Virus record (IMG/VR): IMGVR_UViG_3300031992_000046 | Coordinates: 1 to 64,000 of that record | Origin: a virus | Taxonomy: Duplodnaviria > Caudoviricetes | Length of the DNA stretch: 64,000 nt | Direction: 5' to 3' (one strand) | Part shown: positions 17,162-27,702 of the stretch, in pieces | Layout: each line of letters starts with the position of its first letter | Position numbering within the stretch: the first letter of the stretch is position 1 | The notes under the pieces: generated by a model | Database searches by the model: none | Seen by the model: the letters and a program-made list of their open reading frames with translations, nothing else | What the model was told of the DNA's origin: nothing | Made by a program: the position numbers and the translations under genes

Positions 17162-18674
17162 GGACAAAAGGAACCCTTTGCCCGCGCAATCCGAGACGGC
17201 CGTTATAACCGGAACGCTTGGGGGCAATATGAATGAAGAGAAATTCGTTCAGCTTTTCACGAATATGAACCATATACGGTTCAATGATCCCAACCGGTGG
17301 ATGCGATGGTCGTTTCTTACCAAATATACAAAGGCTGACATCGTGCGTTATTTGCGCGACCCGCAGCCTAACGCGAGCAATCTGAGAAAAGCGATACGTT
17401 ATATCTATGGCGCAAGCCCGCACTTCCGCAGAGTCATCCAGTATTTTGCGGGGTTGACTGATTTTGCTTATATCATAGAGCCGTACCGTATCGATCCTCG
17501 TAAGGCCAACATTAAGACGGTCAACTCCAACTATCGCAAAACGCTCAATATGCTGTCGTCCATGGGCATCCCGACGCAGTTCCCGAAGATACTGACGGTC
17601 TGCTTGAGGGAGGACGTGTTCTACGGAACAATCTGGGCAACCGAGGATAATATCACCATTCAGCAACTGCCCAGCGACTACTGTACCATATCGACAATTG
17701 AGGGCAACGTCTTCAACGTCGAGTTTGACTTTTCGTATTTCGACACACACGGTGATTTGCTTGATTATTACCCCGTTGAGTTCCGCGACAAGTACGAAGA
17801 TTATAAACGCGAGCGGCTGAACAGGTGGCGCGAACTTGAGGCTCCCACTTCGTTTGCAATCAAGTGCAACGCCGACATCCCCGAATATCCTCTTCCGCCC
17901 TTCGCCGGAATACTGCGCGAAGTGTTTGAGCTTGAGGATTATAAGCAGCTTAAAATGGAAAAGGTGGAGCAAGAGAACTACGCCCTGCTTTCGATGAAGC
18001 TTCCGATGGATGACGACGGCAAGTGGCTGCTTGACTACGATAAGGCAAAGGACTTCTGGTATAACCTCGACAGCGTGCTGCCGGATATGATAGGCTCGGT
18101 GCTTACACCGATGGATATCGACAAGATAAGCTTTGAGAAAACAAACAACGGGGATAGCGACACAATAACCGACGCGGAACAGAGCTTGTTCACGGCGGCT
18201 GGCGTTTCATCGCTGCTGTTCAATAACCCGAAAGCTTCGGCGAACGCGCTTCTGCTGTCCATCAAAGCCGACCAGTGTATGACTTACGGCATCGTAAAGT
18301 CTATCGGCGATATGGTCAACAGGTACATTCAGTCCAAACCTTTTGGTAAGAACTTCAAGGTCACGTTCCTCGACACCTCTCCGTTCAACCGGAAGGAAGT
18401 CGGCGACGCATATCTCAAGGCGGCGACCTACGGCATCCCGACGATAAGCGCATACGCTGCGTCACAGGGTATCGGTCAGGCCGAGCTTGATACGATGAGC
18501 TTCCTTGAAAGCGACGTGCTGGGGCTGCAGGATATGTTCAGGCCAATCCAGTCTTCGTCGCAGATGAGCTCCGAAGACCTCGAAGGCGGCGGTGCAACCG
18601 ACGAGGGTGGCGCTCCTCCGAAAGATATGGAGGATCTCACCGAGTCCGGCGAGCAGAACCGGGAGGACGCGTAA
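17148..18674 (+). CDS. Portal protein
   Basis: About 500 aa directly after terL; acidic C-terminal GGAP tail. Call is by position and size. Confidence 0.8.
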   Translation: MEDIKDKRNPLPAQSETAVITGTLGGNMNEEKFVQLFTNMNHIRFNDPNRWMRWSFLTKYTKADIVRYLRDPQPNASNLRKAIRYIYGASPHFRRVIQYFAGLTDFAYIIEPYRIDPRKANIKTVNSNYRKTLNMLSSMGIPTQFPKILTVCLREDVFYGTIWATEDNITIQQLPSDYCTISTIEGNVFNVEFDFSYFDTHGDLLDYYPVEFRDKYEDYKRERLNRWRELEAPTSFAIKCNADIPEYPLPPFAGILREVFELEDYKQLKMEKVEQENYALLSMKLPMDDDGKWLLDYDKAKDFWYNLDSVLPDMIGSVLTPMDIDKISFEKTNNGDSDTITDAEQSLFTAAGVSSLLFNNPKASANALLLSIKADQCMTYGIVKSIGDMVNRYIQSKPFGKNFKVTFLDTSPFNRKEVGDAYLKAATYGIPTISAYAASQGIGQAELDTMSFLESDVLGLQDMFRPIQSSSQMSSEDLEGGGATDEGGAPPKDMEDLTESGEQNREDA

Positions 18675-18850
18675 TGGGAAAATTTGTTTGCGTCTTTACT
18701 GAAAAAGACAGAGGGGCGGTGCTGAAGGCCGGTTTTCGTCCGGTTACCGGCGATTCGCGCCAAATCTGCTTTATATTTATTAACGACCCGTCGATTGAAT
18801 TTGACTGGTCGAAAACAGACCACGTCTTTACCGACGTGCTTTGTTTTTGA
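18674..18850 (+). CDS. Small hypothetical protein (58 aa, absent from the ORF track)
   Basis: GGAGG SD; TAATG overlap with the portal stop; MGKFVCVF...DVLCF. Confidence 0.7.
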   Translation: MGKFVCVFTEKDRGAVLKAGFRPVTGDSRQICFIFINDPSIEFDWSKTDHVFTDVLCF

Positions 18851-18865
18851 TGGGAGGCGATACCA

Positions 18866-20446
18866 ATGAACAATTCACTTGTTGTTACATTTGATTCGTC
18901 CCTCACCGAACTGTGTGAGAAGAACAGCTCCTTCGACTCCGCTGTGATGCGCATCGCGTATCCGGGTTTGAACCGGAACGGAAGCGATATTTCAAAAGCG
19001 GCATTTGAGAAGGCGCTGCCTTCAATATACAATACGCCCGTCGTCGCTCACTACATAAGAGAAGACGACGCGCTTGGCGGACACGATATCGAAATCGTGA
19101 AGAACGGCGACGGAGACTTTGAGATAGTTAATCTCACTACGCCGGTCGGGGTTATCCCTGAATCCGCAAACGTTTGGTGGGAAACTGTTGAAGAGGACGA
19201 CGGAACTGAAAGGGAATATCTGCACGCAGAGGTGCTTCTGTGGAAGCGCCAGGAGGCGTACAGAAAAATAAAAGAGGACGGAATAACGTCGCAGTCGATG
19301 GAAATTAACGTCAAGGACGGCGCAGTCACGGACGGCGTTTATTACATTACCGATTTTGAATTCACGGCGTTCGCGCTTATTGGCGTGGAGCCCTGCTTTG
19401 AGAGCGCTTCGCTTGAATTTTCGGCGAAGGAGTTCAAGGCGCAGCTCGCAGAAATGATGAAAGATTTGCGCGAGTCTTATACTCTGGTCACTTCCTCGCA
19501 AGAGGATGCTGATATACACCCACACTCAACGCTGACGGAAGGAGGAAATGCTAAGTTGGACAACGAAGTTGAAAACGTCGTTGAAACCGAGGAGCCGACC
19601 GAGCTCGCGACGGAGCCTGTAATTGAGCCCGAAGCAGAGCCCGAGACCGGAGCCGGAGACCCTGAGTCAGCGGAGCCGGAAACGGCAGAGACGGAAGCTG
19701 CTGAACCCGAAGCGTCGGAAGATGCTGAAGGCGAAGAGGCCGACGACGAAAAAGGTGAGAACTTTGAACTCACCAGCAACATCAACGAGGCGATTGACGA
19801 AGCGCTTTACGCGGTGAAATACACCGATGCGTGGGGCGACGAATGGCCTCGCTACTGCTACGTCGACAGCGACGTTGAGAAGATGGAAGTCTACGCTTTT
19901 GACCATCTCGATTGGCACATCTACGGCTTCCCGTTCACCATGGACGGAGACCGCGCGGTAATCGATTTCGAGAATGGCGTGCGCAAGAAATGGGCGCTCG
20001 TAGACTTTGACGAAGGCGAGTCGGTCGACGATGATATCACGAACGGTATGTTCGCAAGAATTTCGTCGAATCTCGAGAAAGCGACGAATGCTTTTAAAGA
20101 GATGGCCGATAAGACGGTCGAGCTCGAGGCTTCGCTCAACGAGCTTGCCGAGTTCAAGAAGAACGTTGAAGACGAACAGAATCGCGCTGCGCGCGAAGGC
20201 GTCTTCGAGCAGTTCCCGGATCTTTCCGGAAACGAGGAGTTTGAAGCGCTCAGAGACAATTGCGACGGAATCGACGTAGAGGCTCTTACTGAGAAGTGCT
20301 ACGCGATTCGCGGCCGGGCACACACCCCCGCTAAGTTTGCATTTGAACCCAAGGCGGTCAAACTTAAAGTGGACAAATCGTCCAAAGAAGACAGTGTACA
20401 AGACGAGCCGTACGGCGGCATAGTCGAAAAGTACATCAATAAATAA
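18866..20446 (+). CDS. Prohead protease/scaffold protein
   Basis: NRNGS, PVVAHY, QSMEI, ALIGVEPCFESA N-terminal domain, then acidic linker and coiled coil; between portal and capsid genes. Confidence 0.75.
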   Translation: MNNSLVVTFDSSLTELCEKNSSFDSAVMRIAYPGLNRNGSDISKAAFEKALPSIYNTPVVAHYIREDDALGGHDIEIVKNGDGDFEIVNLTTPVGVIPESANVWWETVEEDDGTEREYLHAEVLLWKRQEAYRKIKEDGITSQSMEINVKDGAVTDGVYYITDFEFTAFALIGVEPCFESASLEFSAKEFKAQLAEMMKDLRESYTLVTSSQEDADIHPHSTLTEGGNAKLDNEVENVVETEEPTELATEPVIEPEAEPETGAGDPESAEPETAETEAAEPEASEDAEGEEADDEKGENFELTSNINEAIDEALYAVKYTDAWGDEWPRYCYVDSDVEKMEVYAFDHLDWHIYGFPFTMDGDRAVIDFENGVRKKWALVDFDEGESVDDDITNGMFARISSNLEKATNAFKEMADKTVELEASLNELAEFKKNVEDEQNRAAREGVFEQFPDLSGNEEFEALRDNCDGIDVEALTEKCYAIRGRAHTPAKFAFEPKAVKLKVDKSSKEDSVQDEPYGGIVEKYINK

Positions 20447-20467
20447 TTTTATCAGGAGGAAACTACT

Positions 20468-20974
20468 ATGGCTTACGCAGTTGTTCGTACGGACAATATG
20501 CAGGGTACGGACGTTCGCGAAGGTCTCGTTTCTATCGAGTATCTTGGCAGCAACGGTTCCACCCCCACTGCAATCGAGAACGGTAACGTTCTTAAAATCG
20601 GCGGCCTGAAGGAAGGCGAGAGAGAAGTTCGCGTTGGCGCAGCTGTCGCTGCTAACGACGCTCTGAACGCAATCTGCCTCGTTGCTTCTCCTGAGGTCAC
20701 CTATGACCCCAGACAGAAGGCACTTGACCAGTTCAGAAACGAAGCGGGCGAAATCGCTCGTGGATACAGAATCCACTCCGGAGACATCTTCTCCGTGACC
20801 AAAGAGGCTCTCGCTGGTGCTGAGAACCCCGCAGTCGGCAACGTTGTTGAACTCGCTGCCGGCACCAAACTCAATGTAGCTGCTTCGGCTACCTCCGGTT
20901 CCACCGTTGTCGGAACTATTATCGCTATCGACCAGACCGCGAAGTACAAATACTTCGTGATTCAGGTTGCCTAA
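20468..20974 (+). CDS. Head decoration/capsid stabilising protein
   Basis: Small beta-rich protein just before the MCP; strongly biased codon usage. Confidence 0.65.
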   Translation: MAYAVVRTDNMQGTDVREGLVSIEYLGSNGSTPTAIENGNVLKIGGLKEGEREVRVGAAVAANDALNAICLVASPEVTYDPRQKALDQFRNEAGEIARGYRIHSGDIFSVTKEALAGAENPAVGNVVELAAGTKLNVAASATSGSTVVGTIIAIDQTAKYKYFVIQVA

Positions 20975-20994
20975 TCGGAAGGGGGAAGAAAATA

Positions 20995-22014
20995 ATGACT
21001 GACATGACGAACATTGTTAAGCTTGCGATAGACAATCGCAGGGGTTCCGTCGAGAAGTATTCCCTCGCGGATTCCAATAAGGCGCTCAGAGAAGCGCTCA
21101 TCGAGGTCAACAACGGTAAGACCTCCCTTGATATCAAGGCTATTCGTGACGGCAAGTGCCCTGAGCTCTTTGGCTTCATCGAAACCGTTATCTCCAGCTC
21201 CATCTATGATGAACTCCAGAACGATGACTACTTCATGAGCCTCGTTGATATGAGAAATATCGCGATGGGCGACGAGAACATCTTCCTCGTTGAAGACGCT
21301 GACCTTTACGTCGTTGACGACGCTGCTCGCGGCACGCTCGGCATCAGACGTCAGAGACTCGGCGGCCCGACCGAGGTTCCCGTTCCCACGAAGATGAAGC
21401 TCGTGAGAATCTACGAGGAACTCGACCGCGTTCTCGCGGGCCGTGTTGACTGGAACGTCTTCATCGACAAGGCGATCAAGTCCTTCCGTCTCCAGCTCCT
21501 CAACGACGTTTACTCGCTGTGGGCTGACGCTACCAACTCCGACATCGGCGGCACGACCTTCTATCCGACGGCCGGCGCTTACAACGAAGGCACGCTCCTC
21601 ACCCTCATCGAGCACGTTGAGGCAGCTGCTGGCGGCAAGACCGCTACCATCATCGGTACGAAGGCTGCTCTCCGCAACCTCGCACCCGCTCTCATCTCCG
21701 ATCAGGGCAAGGAAGACATCTACAACATGGGTTACGTTGGCAAGTTCTACGGTTCTCCTGTTGTTGCTGTTCCTCAGCGCCACAAAGTCGGCACGACCAA
21801 CTTCGTGTTCGACGACAAGAAGATGACCATCGTTGCTGGCGACAGCAAGCCGATTAAAGTCGTTATCGAAGGCGACCCGATTATGGTCACCAGAGATCCG
21901 TTCTCCAATGCTGACATGACGCACGAGTTCTACTACGGCGAGAGAGTCGGTATGGGTCTGGTTCTGTCCGGCGGAAACGGCGGCTACGGCATCTACGATA
22001 TGCACACTGACTGA
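20995..22014 (+). CDS. Major capsid protein
   Basis: 339 aa; position; strongest codon bias in the window; followed by a stable hairpin. Confidence 0.85.
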   Translation: MTDMTNIVKLAIDNRRGSVEKYSLADSNKALREALIEVNNGKTSLDIKAIRDGKCPELFGFIETVISSSIYDELQNDDYFMSLVDMRNIAMGDENIFLVEDADLYVVDDAARGTLGIRRQRLGGPTEVPVPTKMKLVRIYEELDRVLAGRVDWNVFIDKAIKSFRLQLLNDVYSLWADATNSDIGGTTFYPTAGAYNEGTLLTLIEHVEAAAGGKTATIIGTKAALRNLAPALISDQGKEDIYNMGYVGKFYGSPVVAVPQRHKVGTTNFVFDDKKMTIVAGDSKPIKVVIEGDPIMVTRDPFSNADMTHEFYYGERVGMGLVLSGGNGGYGIYDMHTD

Positions 22015-22039
22015 TAATCGTAATACGTTCAAATTCAAT

Positions 22040-22065
22040 AGGGGCGTCGGTCCGCCGGCGCCCCT
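22040..22065 (+). terminator. Stable hairpin after the MCP gene, no U tract
   Basis: AGGGGCGTCGG/CCGGCGCCCCT stem. Confidence 0.5.
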
Positions 22066-22085
22066 CCGAATGAAAGGGGAATTTT

Positions 22086-22685
22086 ATGGCAGCAACCAAA
22101 TCTAATACTTCGACGAGCGCAAAGAAAACGACGGCAAAGAAGCCTGCGGCCAAGACGGCTGCAAAGCCCAAGGCCTCTCCGGCAGTAAATCCGGTAGAGA
22201 AGGCTCCCGTCGCTGAAGCTCCGGTCGCACGTCCGACCGCAAAAGAAATCGACGTCAACCAGTACGTTACGGTTCGTAACGGGTTCCACGGGCATCTGGT
22301 CTACAAGAGCTCGCACACCGGAGAGCTGTTCGAGTGGGACGAGTTTGGGGAGGAGCAGGAAATGCAGCTTCTCGAACTGCGCAACGCTAAGAACAGCGCG
22401 AAAGGTTTCTTCCGCAACAACTGGTTTATGTTTGACGAACCGTGGATAATCGACTACCTCGGTGTCGGTAAATTTTATCAGCACGCTCTTAATCTCGACG
22501 AGTTCAAGAGCCTGTTTGATAAGACGCCCGAAGAGGTCGCGATGATTATCTCCGATATGTCCGACGGACAGAAGAGGACTGTTGTTTATCTCGCTGCGGA
22601 GAAAATCCGCAACGGCGAGATTGACTCGCGCAAGATGATTGCGACGCTGGAAAATGCGCTGAATGTGAAGCTTGTCGAAAGTTAA
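22086..22685 (+). CDS. Hypothetical virion-module protein with Lys/Ala/Pro-rich N-terminus
   Basis: SD AAAGGGG; position after the MCP. Confidence 0.8.
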   Translation: MAATKSNTSTSAKKTTAKKPAAKTAAKPKASPAVNPVEKAPVAEAPVARPTAKEIDVNQYVTVRNGFHGHLVYKSSHTGELFEWDEFGEEQEMQLLELRNAKNSAKGFFRNNWFMFDEPWIIDYLGVGKFYQHALNLDEFKSLFDKTPEEVAMIISDMSDGQKRTVVYLAAEKIRNGEIDSRKMIATLENALNVKLVES

Positions 22686-22696
22686 GGAGGTCGACC

Positions 22697-23146
22697 ATGG
22701 CCGTCTCTTACGACATTTTCGTCGGCGCCTTTTTAGGCAAAATCGCCGAATTCGACTTTGCCGAAATGGGAGATACGGCGCGTGAAGCAGTGACCGATGG
22801 GTTTCTGCGTCGCGCCGTAATCGAATTCGGAAAGGTCTGTAAATACGACCTTACGGGTGCGGCCAACGATGAGACGAGAGAGTTCGAGATAGATATCGCC
22901 GAGGGTGATTTGGACGAGCTCGTAAACATCGTCTCGGAAGGTATGGTCGTACAATGGCTGAAGCCGTTCGTGTACCGGCAGGAATCGTTGGAGAACGTAC
23001 TTAATACGCGTGATTTTACGCTGTATTCTCCTGCCGAACTTCTTATGCGTGTCGGGAACGCATACGCGAAGTCCCAGTCGGACTTCACGCAGATGGTACG
23101 CGAATACTCATATAACCACGGAGACTTGACGTCGCTTCATATATGA
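22697..23146 (+). CDS. Putative head-tail adaptor
   Basis: Helical 149 aa; AAGGAGG SD; position. Confidence 0.6.
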   Translation: MAVSYDIFVGAFLGKIAEFDFAEMGDTAREAVTDGFLRRAVIEFGKVCKYDLTGAANDETREFEIDIAEGDLDELVNIVSEGMVVQWLKPFVYRQESLENVLNTRDFTLYSPAELLMRVGNAYAKSQSDFTQMVREYSYNHGDLTSLHI

Positions 23147-23496
23147 CGTTCGAAACTTCTGTGGGCGCGGAAATGGAGGATGGCCTCCTGTGCGCATATT
23201 TCCGTCGTCTCGTAGATCTGATATTCAAGATTCTCCCGATGCGCGAGGACGGGGACGAAACGTTGCCGGTTTACGTACGCAGCCTGCAAATCGACCTTGC
23301 CGGCCTGTACGCGTTCGTCCCTCAGCTCCAAGAGGAGCCTACGTACTTATCTCTCCTGTCAATAATGCAGTATTTTTGCGACAACCCAGATGCGCCTGTG
23401 TCTGAGATACGGCGCGAAGTGTTTAAGGCAATAAACATCTGCAAGCGGCTCTGTGCCGAGTTCCGCTCGGACGAGCGGAGAAAGGAGGAGCGTTAA
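23143..23496 (+). CDS. Hypothetical protein
   Basis: ATGA overlap within the head-tail operon. Confidence 0.75.
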   Translation: MTFETSVGAEMEDGLLCAYFRRLVDLIFKILPMREDGDETLPVYVRSLQIDLAGLYAFVPQLQEEPTYLSLLSIMQYFCDNPDAPVSEIRREVFKAINICKRLCAEFRSDERRKEER

Positions 23497-23497
23497 G

Positions 23498-25355
23498 TTG
23501 GGAATCTGGGACGTATACGACGAAAGGATGGCGATACGCGGCGAGACGCGCCGCGAGACCGCGCTGAAGCGCGAGAAGCGAACGCTTAATAGCAAAGTAC
23601 CCAACAGTCTCTCCTATCAGTGCGTGACACTGTTTGACCGGGAACACGGGTATAACATCTCCAGCGATGAGATGCTGAGCGGAGCTATTCAGCAAAACGT
23701 CGCCATCATCAACTCCGACAACTTAAATGAAAAGATGATATTCTCGCTGCCCGATGAGGATTTCGAGCAAGGCAGCCTTGTATCGTGGATGGACAACTAC
23801 TGGATAATTACAGAGTTGGACGCCAACAAAACCGTTTATACGCGAGCGAAAATGATTCAATGTAACTATCTGCTGAAGTGGGTGTCGGCAGAGGGTAACA
23901 TCATTGAGCAGTGGAGCATCGTGGAAGACGGAACGAAATTAAAGCATACGCCGGTATGCAATAGTTTGGTGCACGGGAAACTGTGCGCATAAAGAACTCC
24001 TTTAATTGCTGGAAACTCCTTAGAGCTGAACGACCACAGCGTAGAAATGAAATAGGTTCAAACGCGATGGTATAAGAAATGTTCAGATTGGACAATCAGC
24101 AGCCAAGCCGCGAACAGCGGAAGGTTCAACGACTATCCCGGACGTGGGAGTAGGAGCAAGCGCTCCGAAATGGGGAGCCCTAAACTTCGGCTTTGCCGAG
24201 GCATGGTGAAGATATAGTCTACACTGCACAGAAATGTGTAGAGACCAGATGGTCGGACGAGTTTAGCAAACTCGAATTATGCAAACTACAAAAACAAATA
24301 AGAGGTGATGGATGTGAAGGCAAACTGGTGTGTTTATGCCCATATCAATAAAATAAATGGCAAAATCTATGTTGGCATAACTTCTAAGACAAAGCCCGAG
24401 CATCGCTGGAATTCGGGGCGTGGATACAAAGAGAATCCGCACTTTTACCAGGCTATCCAGAAATATGGGTGGGATGGGTTTGAGCATATTGTTCTTTTCC
24501 GTTATCTCGACGAAGCGTCAGCCAAACAGATTGAGTGTAAGTTCATTAAAGAATGGCAGACACAGGATCGAAGGTTTGGGTACAATATGACTTCCGGCGG
24601 AGACGGGACGCCCAATTATCATCCTTCTGCCGAAACCCGTTCTAAGTTGTCAGCAGCAAGAAGGCGCGAGAATCTCTCGGAGGAAACTTTGAAGAGACGC
24701 TCTGAGGGACTGCGAGGCAGAAACTTTACCGAGGAGCATAAAAGAAAGATAGGGGAAGGTAACAGCAAACCACTTCTTATGTTTGATAAATCTGGAAATT
24801 TTTTGAGGCGGCTTAAATCAGCACGCGAAGCTGAGGAGACGTTTGGTATTTCACACGCTCACATTTCTCAGTGTTGTAATGGCTGGCGCCAAAGTGCCGG
24901 CGGTTATAAATGGCAGTTTGCATAATAATTCTTAATAAATGGATCTCACCGGCGAATATGAGGATAGAAACTTTATCGTGACCCGCGGCGACTCGCGTAT
25001 TGCGGTTACCGTGGCAAGAAACGCCGAGACTGCGAAGCTCGGCAGAACAAACAGATTCATTATTGACGACCCCGCGTCACAGGTGCAGCTTTCGTACCTG
25101 CTGACCAAGCCGCTTAAACTCGGCTGGTCGTTCAACGATTACGGCGCTTACAAGTTTGTCATGCAGGAGGTCAACTCGACCAAGGATGACAACTTCGAGC
25201 TTCAGATTGCTGATTACTATAAATATTTCCCGCAGAGCGGGTCGGGTTCTTCCGGCGGAACGGACGGCTCTTCGAGTGCCGGAGGCGATGCCGGGACCGG
25301 CAACAGTGGCTCGACGCCGACAGGCAGCGGGAACGGAAGAGAGGGGTGGCTGTAA
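23498..25355 (+). CDS. Putative head-closure/neck protein, spliced join(23498..23939,24943..25355), 284 aa
   Basis: TTG after AAAGGAGG; intron removal gives in-frame EDGTK-Y(T|AT)-LTGEYEDR. Function from position. Confidence 0.8.
23940..24942 (+). ncRNA. Group I intron in the head-tail gene
   Basis: P 24004-15, Q 24094-104, R 24124-35, S 24208-20; P1 AAAU|/GUUU; P9 with GAAA loop; P9.0 CA/UG; terminal G 24942. Confidence 0.92.
24305..24925 (+). CDS. Intron-encoded GIY-YIG homing endonuclease with NUMOD3/NUMOD1-like tail
   Basis: CVY..NKINGKIYVGIT, GYNMTSGG, HPSAETRSKLS, ISQCCNG..SAGGYKW. Confidence 0.9.
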   Translation: MMDVKANWCVYAHINKINGKIYVGITSKTKPEHRWNSGRGYKENPHFYQAIQKYGWDGFEHIVLFRYLDEASAKQIECKFIKEWQTQDRRFGYNMTSGGDGTPNYHPSAETRSKLSAARRRENLSEETLKRRSEGLRGRNFTEEHKRKIGEGNSKPLLMFDKSGNFLRRLKSAREAEETFGISHAHISQCCNGWRQSAGGYKWQFA

Positions 25356-25856
25356 TTGAATCTGTCTGAACTGTACAACTACAAAGCTCAGCTTATGAAA
25401 GATTTGCTGAGCGACGAACAAATTGTCAACCTAATCGACCACGAACACGAATTCGAGGATCCGAGGGAGCTTGCCTACAAACGCGTCTTCCCGTACGAAT
25501 ATGTCCCCGATACGGCGGAGCACGGCGTTACATACGTCTGCTTTGACGTTGACGTGCTCGAGTCGTTTAATAAAACGTTCCTTTTACCCACTCTGCCTAT
25601 TTGGGTCTTTTCTCATCGCAGCCTGCTGCGCCTTCCGGAAGGCGGTGTGCGGACAGACGAACTCTGTTCTCTTATCGATCAGAAGATTAACGGCAGCAGA
25701 TTCTACGGGCTCGGTGAACTTAACCTGTATTCGGTCAAGCGCTTTGCGCCGATGACGGACTATCAGGGGAAGTATATGATTTACAGGGCAAAAGAGTGGA
25801 ACAGAACGTATGACCCGAACAGGGCGACCCCTGCCAACAGACGGGAGGGAGTTTGA
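25356..25856 (+). CDS. Putative tail completion/terminator protein
   Basis: Size and position before the tail tube genes. Confidence 0.6.
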   Translation: MNLSELYNYKAQLMKDLLSDEQIVNLIDHEHEFEDPRELAYKRVFPYEYVPDTAEHGVTYVCFDVDVLESFNKTFLLPTLPIWVFSHRSLLRLPEGGVRTDELCSLIDQKINGSRFYGLGELNLYSVKRFAPMTDYQGKYMIYRAKEWNRTYDPNRATPANRREGV

Positions 25857-26573
25857 TTGGGCAGCGTTAATTTGCTTTACCAACGCTCCGTCCCCGTTAA
25901 CGATAAGATAAGTATCATCATACCGACGCTTGGCGAGGTACTCGAAGACGAGGATAAGTATTATTCTCTGGTTTCGTTATTCACCGCTATGCCAATCGAC
26001 TTTATGGTGGAGCTTGACGACGCAGGGGTTGATTTCACAACAATTAACGAATGGGAACTTTTTCTGCTTTTATTTCCCGGTATACGCGAAGAGGATACTT
26101 CAAAAATCCTCGGCGGCGTTGACCTGACCAAGTTTGAGAGGGCTGTCAATACCGAAAACGATGAGCTGGTCGTTATCGACAGGGAGAATGATATCGTAAT
26201 AGACAGGGCTATCATGCAACAGATAGCATCGTGGCTCCGCAAGGTACACCATCTTTCTCAAGACCAGCGCAAGCCCGGAAACGAAGAGGGTAAAAAGTAT
26301 CTCATTGAACGCGCCCGCAAAAAACGAGCGCGTGACAAAAAAAAGAAACGGGCATCACAGCTCGAAACGCTCATAGTCGCGCTGGTAAACACAGAGCAAT
26401 TCAAATACAACTACGAGACGGTTCTCGACCTGAGCATGTATCAGTTTAACGAGAGCGTCGCGCAGATAATGCATAAAGTCGACTATGATAACAGAATGCG
26501 GGGTGTCTATGCGGGCACCATCGACACAAAACATTTAAGCCAGGATGATCTCCAATGGCTTTATCACAAATAA
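25857..26573 (+). CDS. Hypothetical tail-module protein
   Basis: GGAGGG SD, TTG start, abutting neighbours. Confidence 0.75.
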   Translation: MGSVNLLYQRSVPVNDKISIIIPTLGEVLEDEDKYYSLVSLFTAMPIDFMVELDDAGVDFTTINEWELFLLLFPGIREEDTSKILGGVDLTKFERAVNTENDELVVIDRENDIVIDRAIMQQIASWLRKVHHLSQDQRKPGNEEGKKYLIERARKKRARDKKKKRASQLETLIVALVNTEQFKYNYETVLDLSMYQFNESVAQIMHKVDYDNRMRGVYAGTIDTKHLSQDDLQWLYHK

Positions 26574-26590
26574 ATATGGAGGAAACTACT

Positions 26591-27388
26591 ATGATTCCTG
26601 ATCTGGTACTCACCAGCATTGAGACTATCAGTGCTTTTGAACTTTCCGGAGCTGGCGGGGCATATAAATGGACTCTTGACGAGCTTCAGAACGCTACCAT
26701 CGCCCAGTCTCAGGAAACGCAGGACGTTACCGGCAGACAGGGCAGGCTTCTCAACACGCTGAAGCGCAATAAGTCAGTGACGATTTCTGCCACGAACGGT
26801 CTTGTTTCCGGCGGTCTGCTTGAGACTCAGACGGGCGGAACGTTCTCCACGAAGACCACGCAGGTTCTGTGGACGGACTATCTCACTGTCGGGGCTGCTC
26901 ACGACGCTACGACTTCGTATAAAGCGGTTGGAACTGCCGGCTCGGAAATCGAGGCGCTTTATATCCGTAACGCGGATGGATCTCTCGGGGCTAAGCTTGA
27001 GCAGGTTGCTTCTACCGTTGCGACGGGCAAGTTCACATATACCCCTAACACCAAGAAGCTTCAGTTCCACACCGATGTCGCTGAGGGAACCGAGATTGTT
27101 TGCTTCTACAAACGAAACATCTCTGCCGACGTCCTTGAAAACAGAAGCGAGAACTATTCCGGCAAGTGCGCTCTCTACATCGACGCGCTTGCAGAGGATA
27201 ACTGCTCGAACATTTACCACGTTCAGATTTACGTCCCGAAGGCCGACTTCTCCGGCGAATTCTCGCTTGAATTCGGCGACAGCCAGGCGGTTCATTCGTT
27301 TGAGGCGGTCGCTCAGGCCGGCGCTTGCGGCAATGCGGACTATCTGTGGACGTACACTGTATTCGGCGAAAACACTGCTGACGCCTGA
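26591..27388 (+). CDS. Major tail protein, copy 1
   Basis: GGAGG SD; Thr/Ser/Gly-rich beta protein; biased codons; position. Confidence 0.75.
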   Translation: MIPDLVLTSIETISAFELSGAGGAYKWTLDELQNATIAQSQETQDVTGRQGRLLNTLKRNKSVTISATNGLVSGGLLETQTGGTFSTKTTQVLWTDYLTVGAAHDATTSYKAVGTAGSEIEALYIRNADGSLGAKLEQVASTVATGKFTYTPNTKKLQFHTDVAEGTEIVCFYKRNISADVLENRSENYSGKCALYIDALAEDNCSNIYHVQIYVPKADFSGEFSLEFGDSQAVHSFEAVAQAGACGNADYLWTYTVFGENTADA

Positions 27389-27702
27389 TTACCCTAAGGA
27401 GGTATTTCTATGATCCCTGATCTTGTTTTGACAAGCATTGAAACTATCAGTGCTTTCGAACTTGCAGGAGCTGGCGGAGCATATAAATGGAATCTTGACG
27501 AACTGCAGAATGCCACGCTTGCTCAGTCTCAGGAAACGCAGGACGTTACCGGCAGACAGGGCAGGCTTCTCAACACGCTGAAGCGCAATAAGTCAGTGAC
27601 GATTTCTGCCACGAACGGTCTTGTTTCCGGCGGTCTGCTTGAGACTCAGACGGGCGGAACGTTCTCCACGAAGACCACGCAGGTTCTGTGGACGGACTAT
27701 CT
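26705..27702 (+). repeat. 179-bp identical direct repeat (26705-26883 = 27524-27702)
   Basis: Base-for-base comparison by eye. Confidence 0.85.

Noticed and set aside
19667-22038. Long antisense ORFs opposite head genes (also opposite tail and TMP genes)
   Set aside because: Expected mirror of strong codon bias; no RBS or recognisable motifs.
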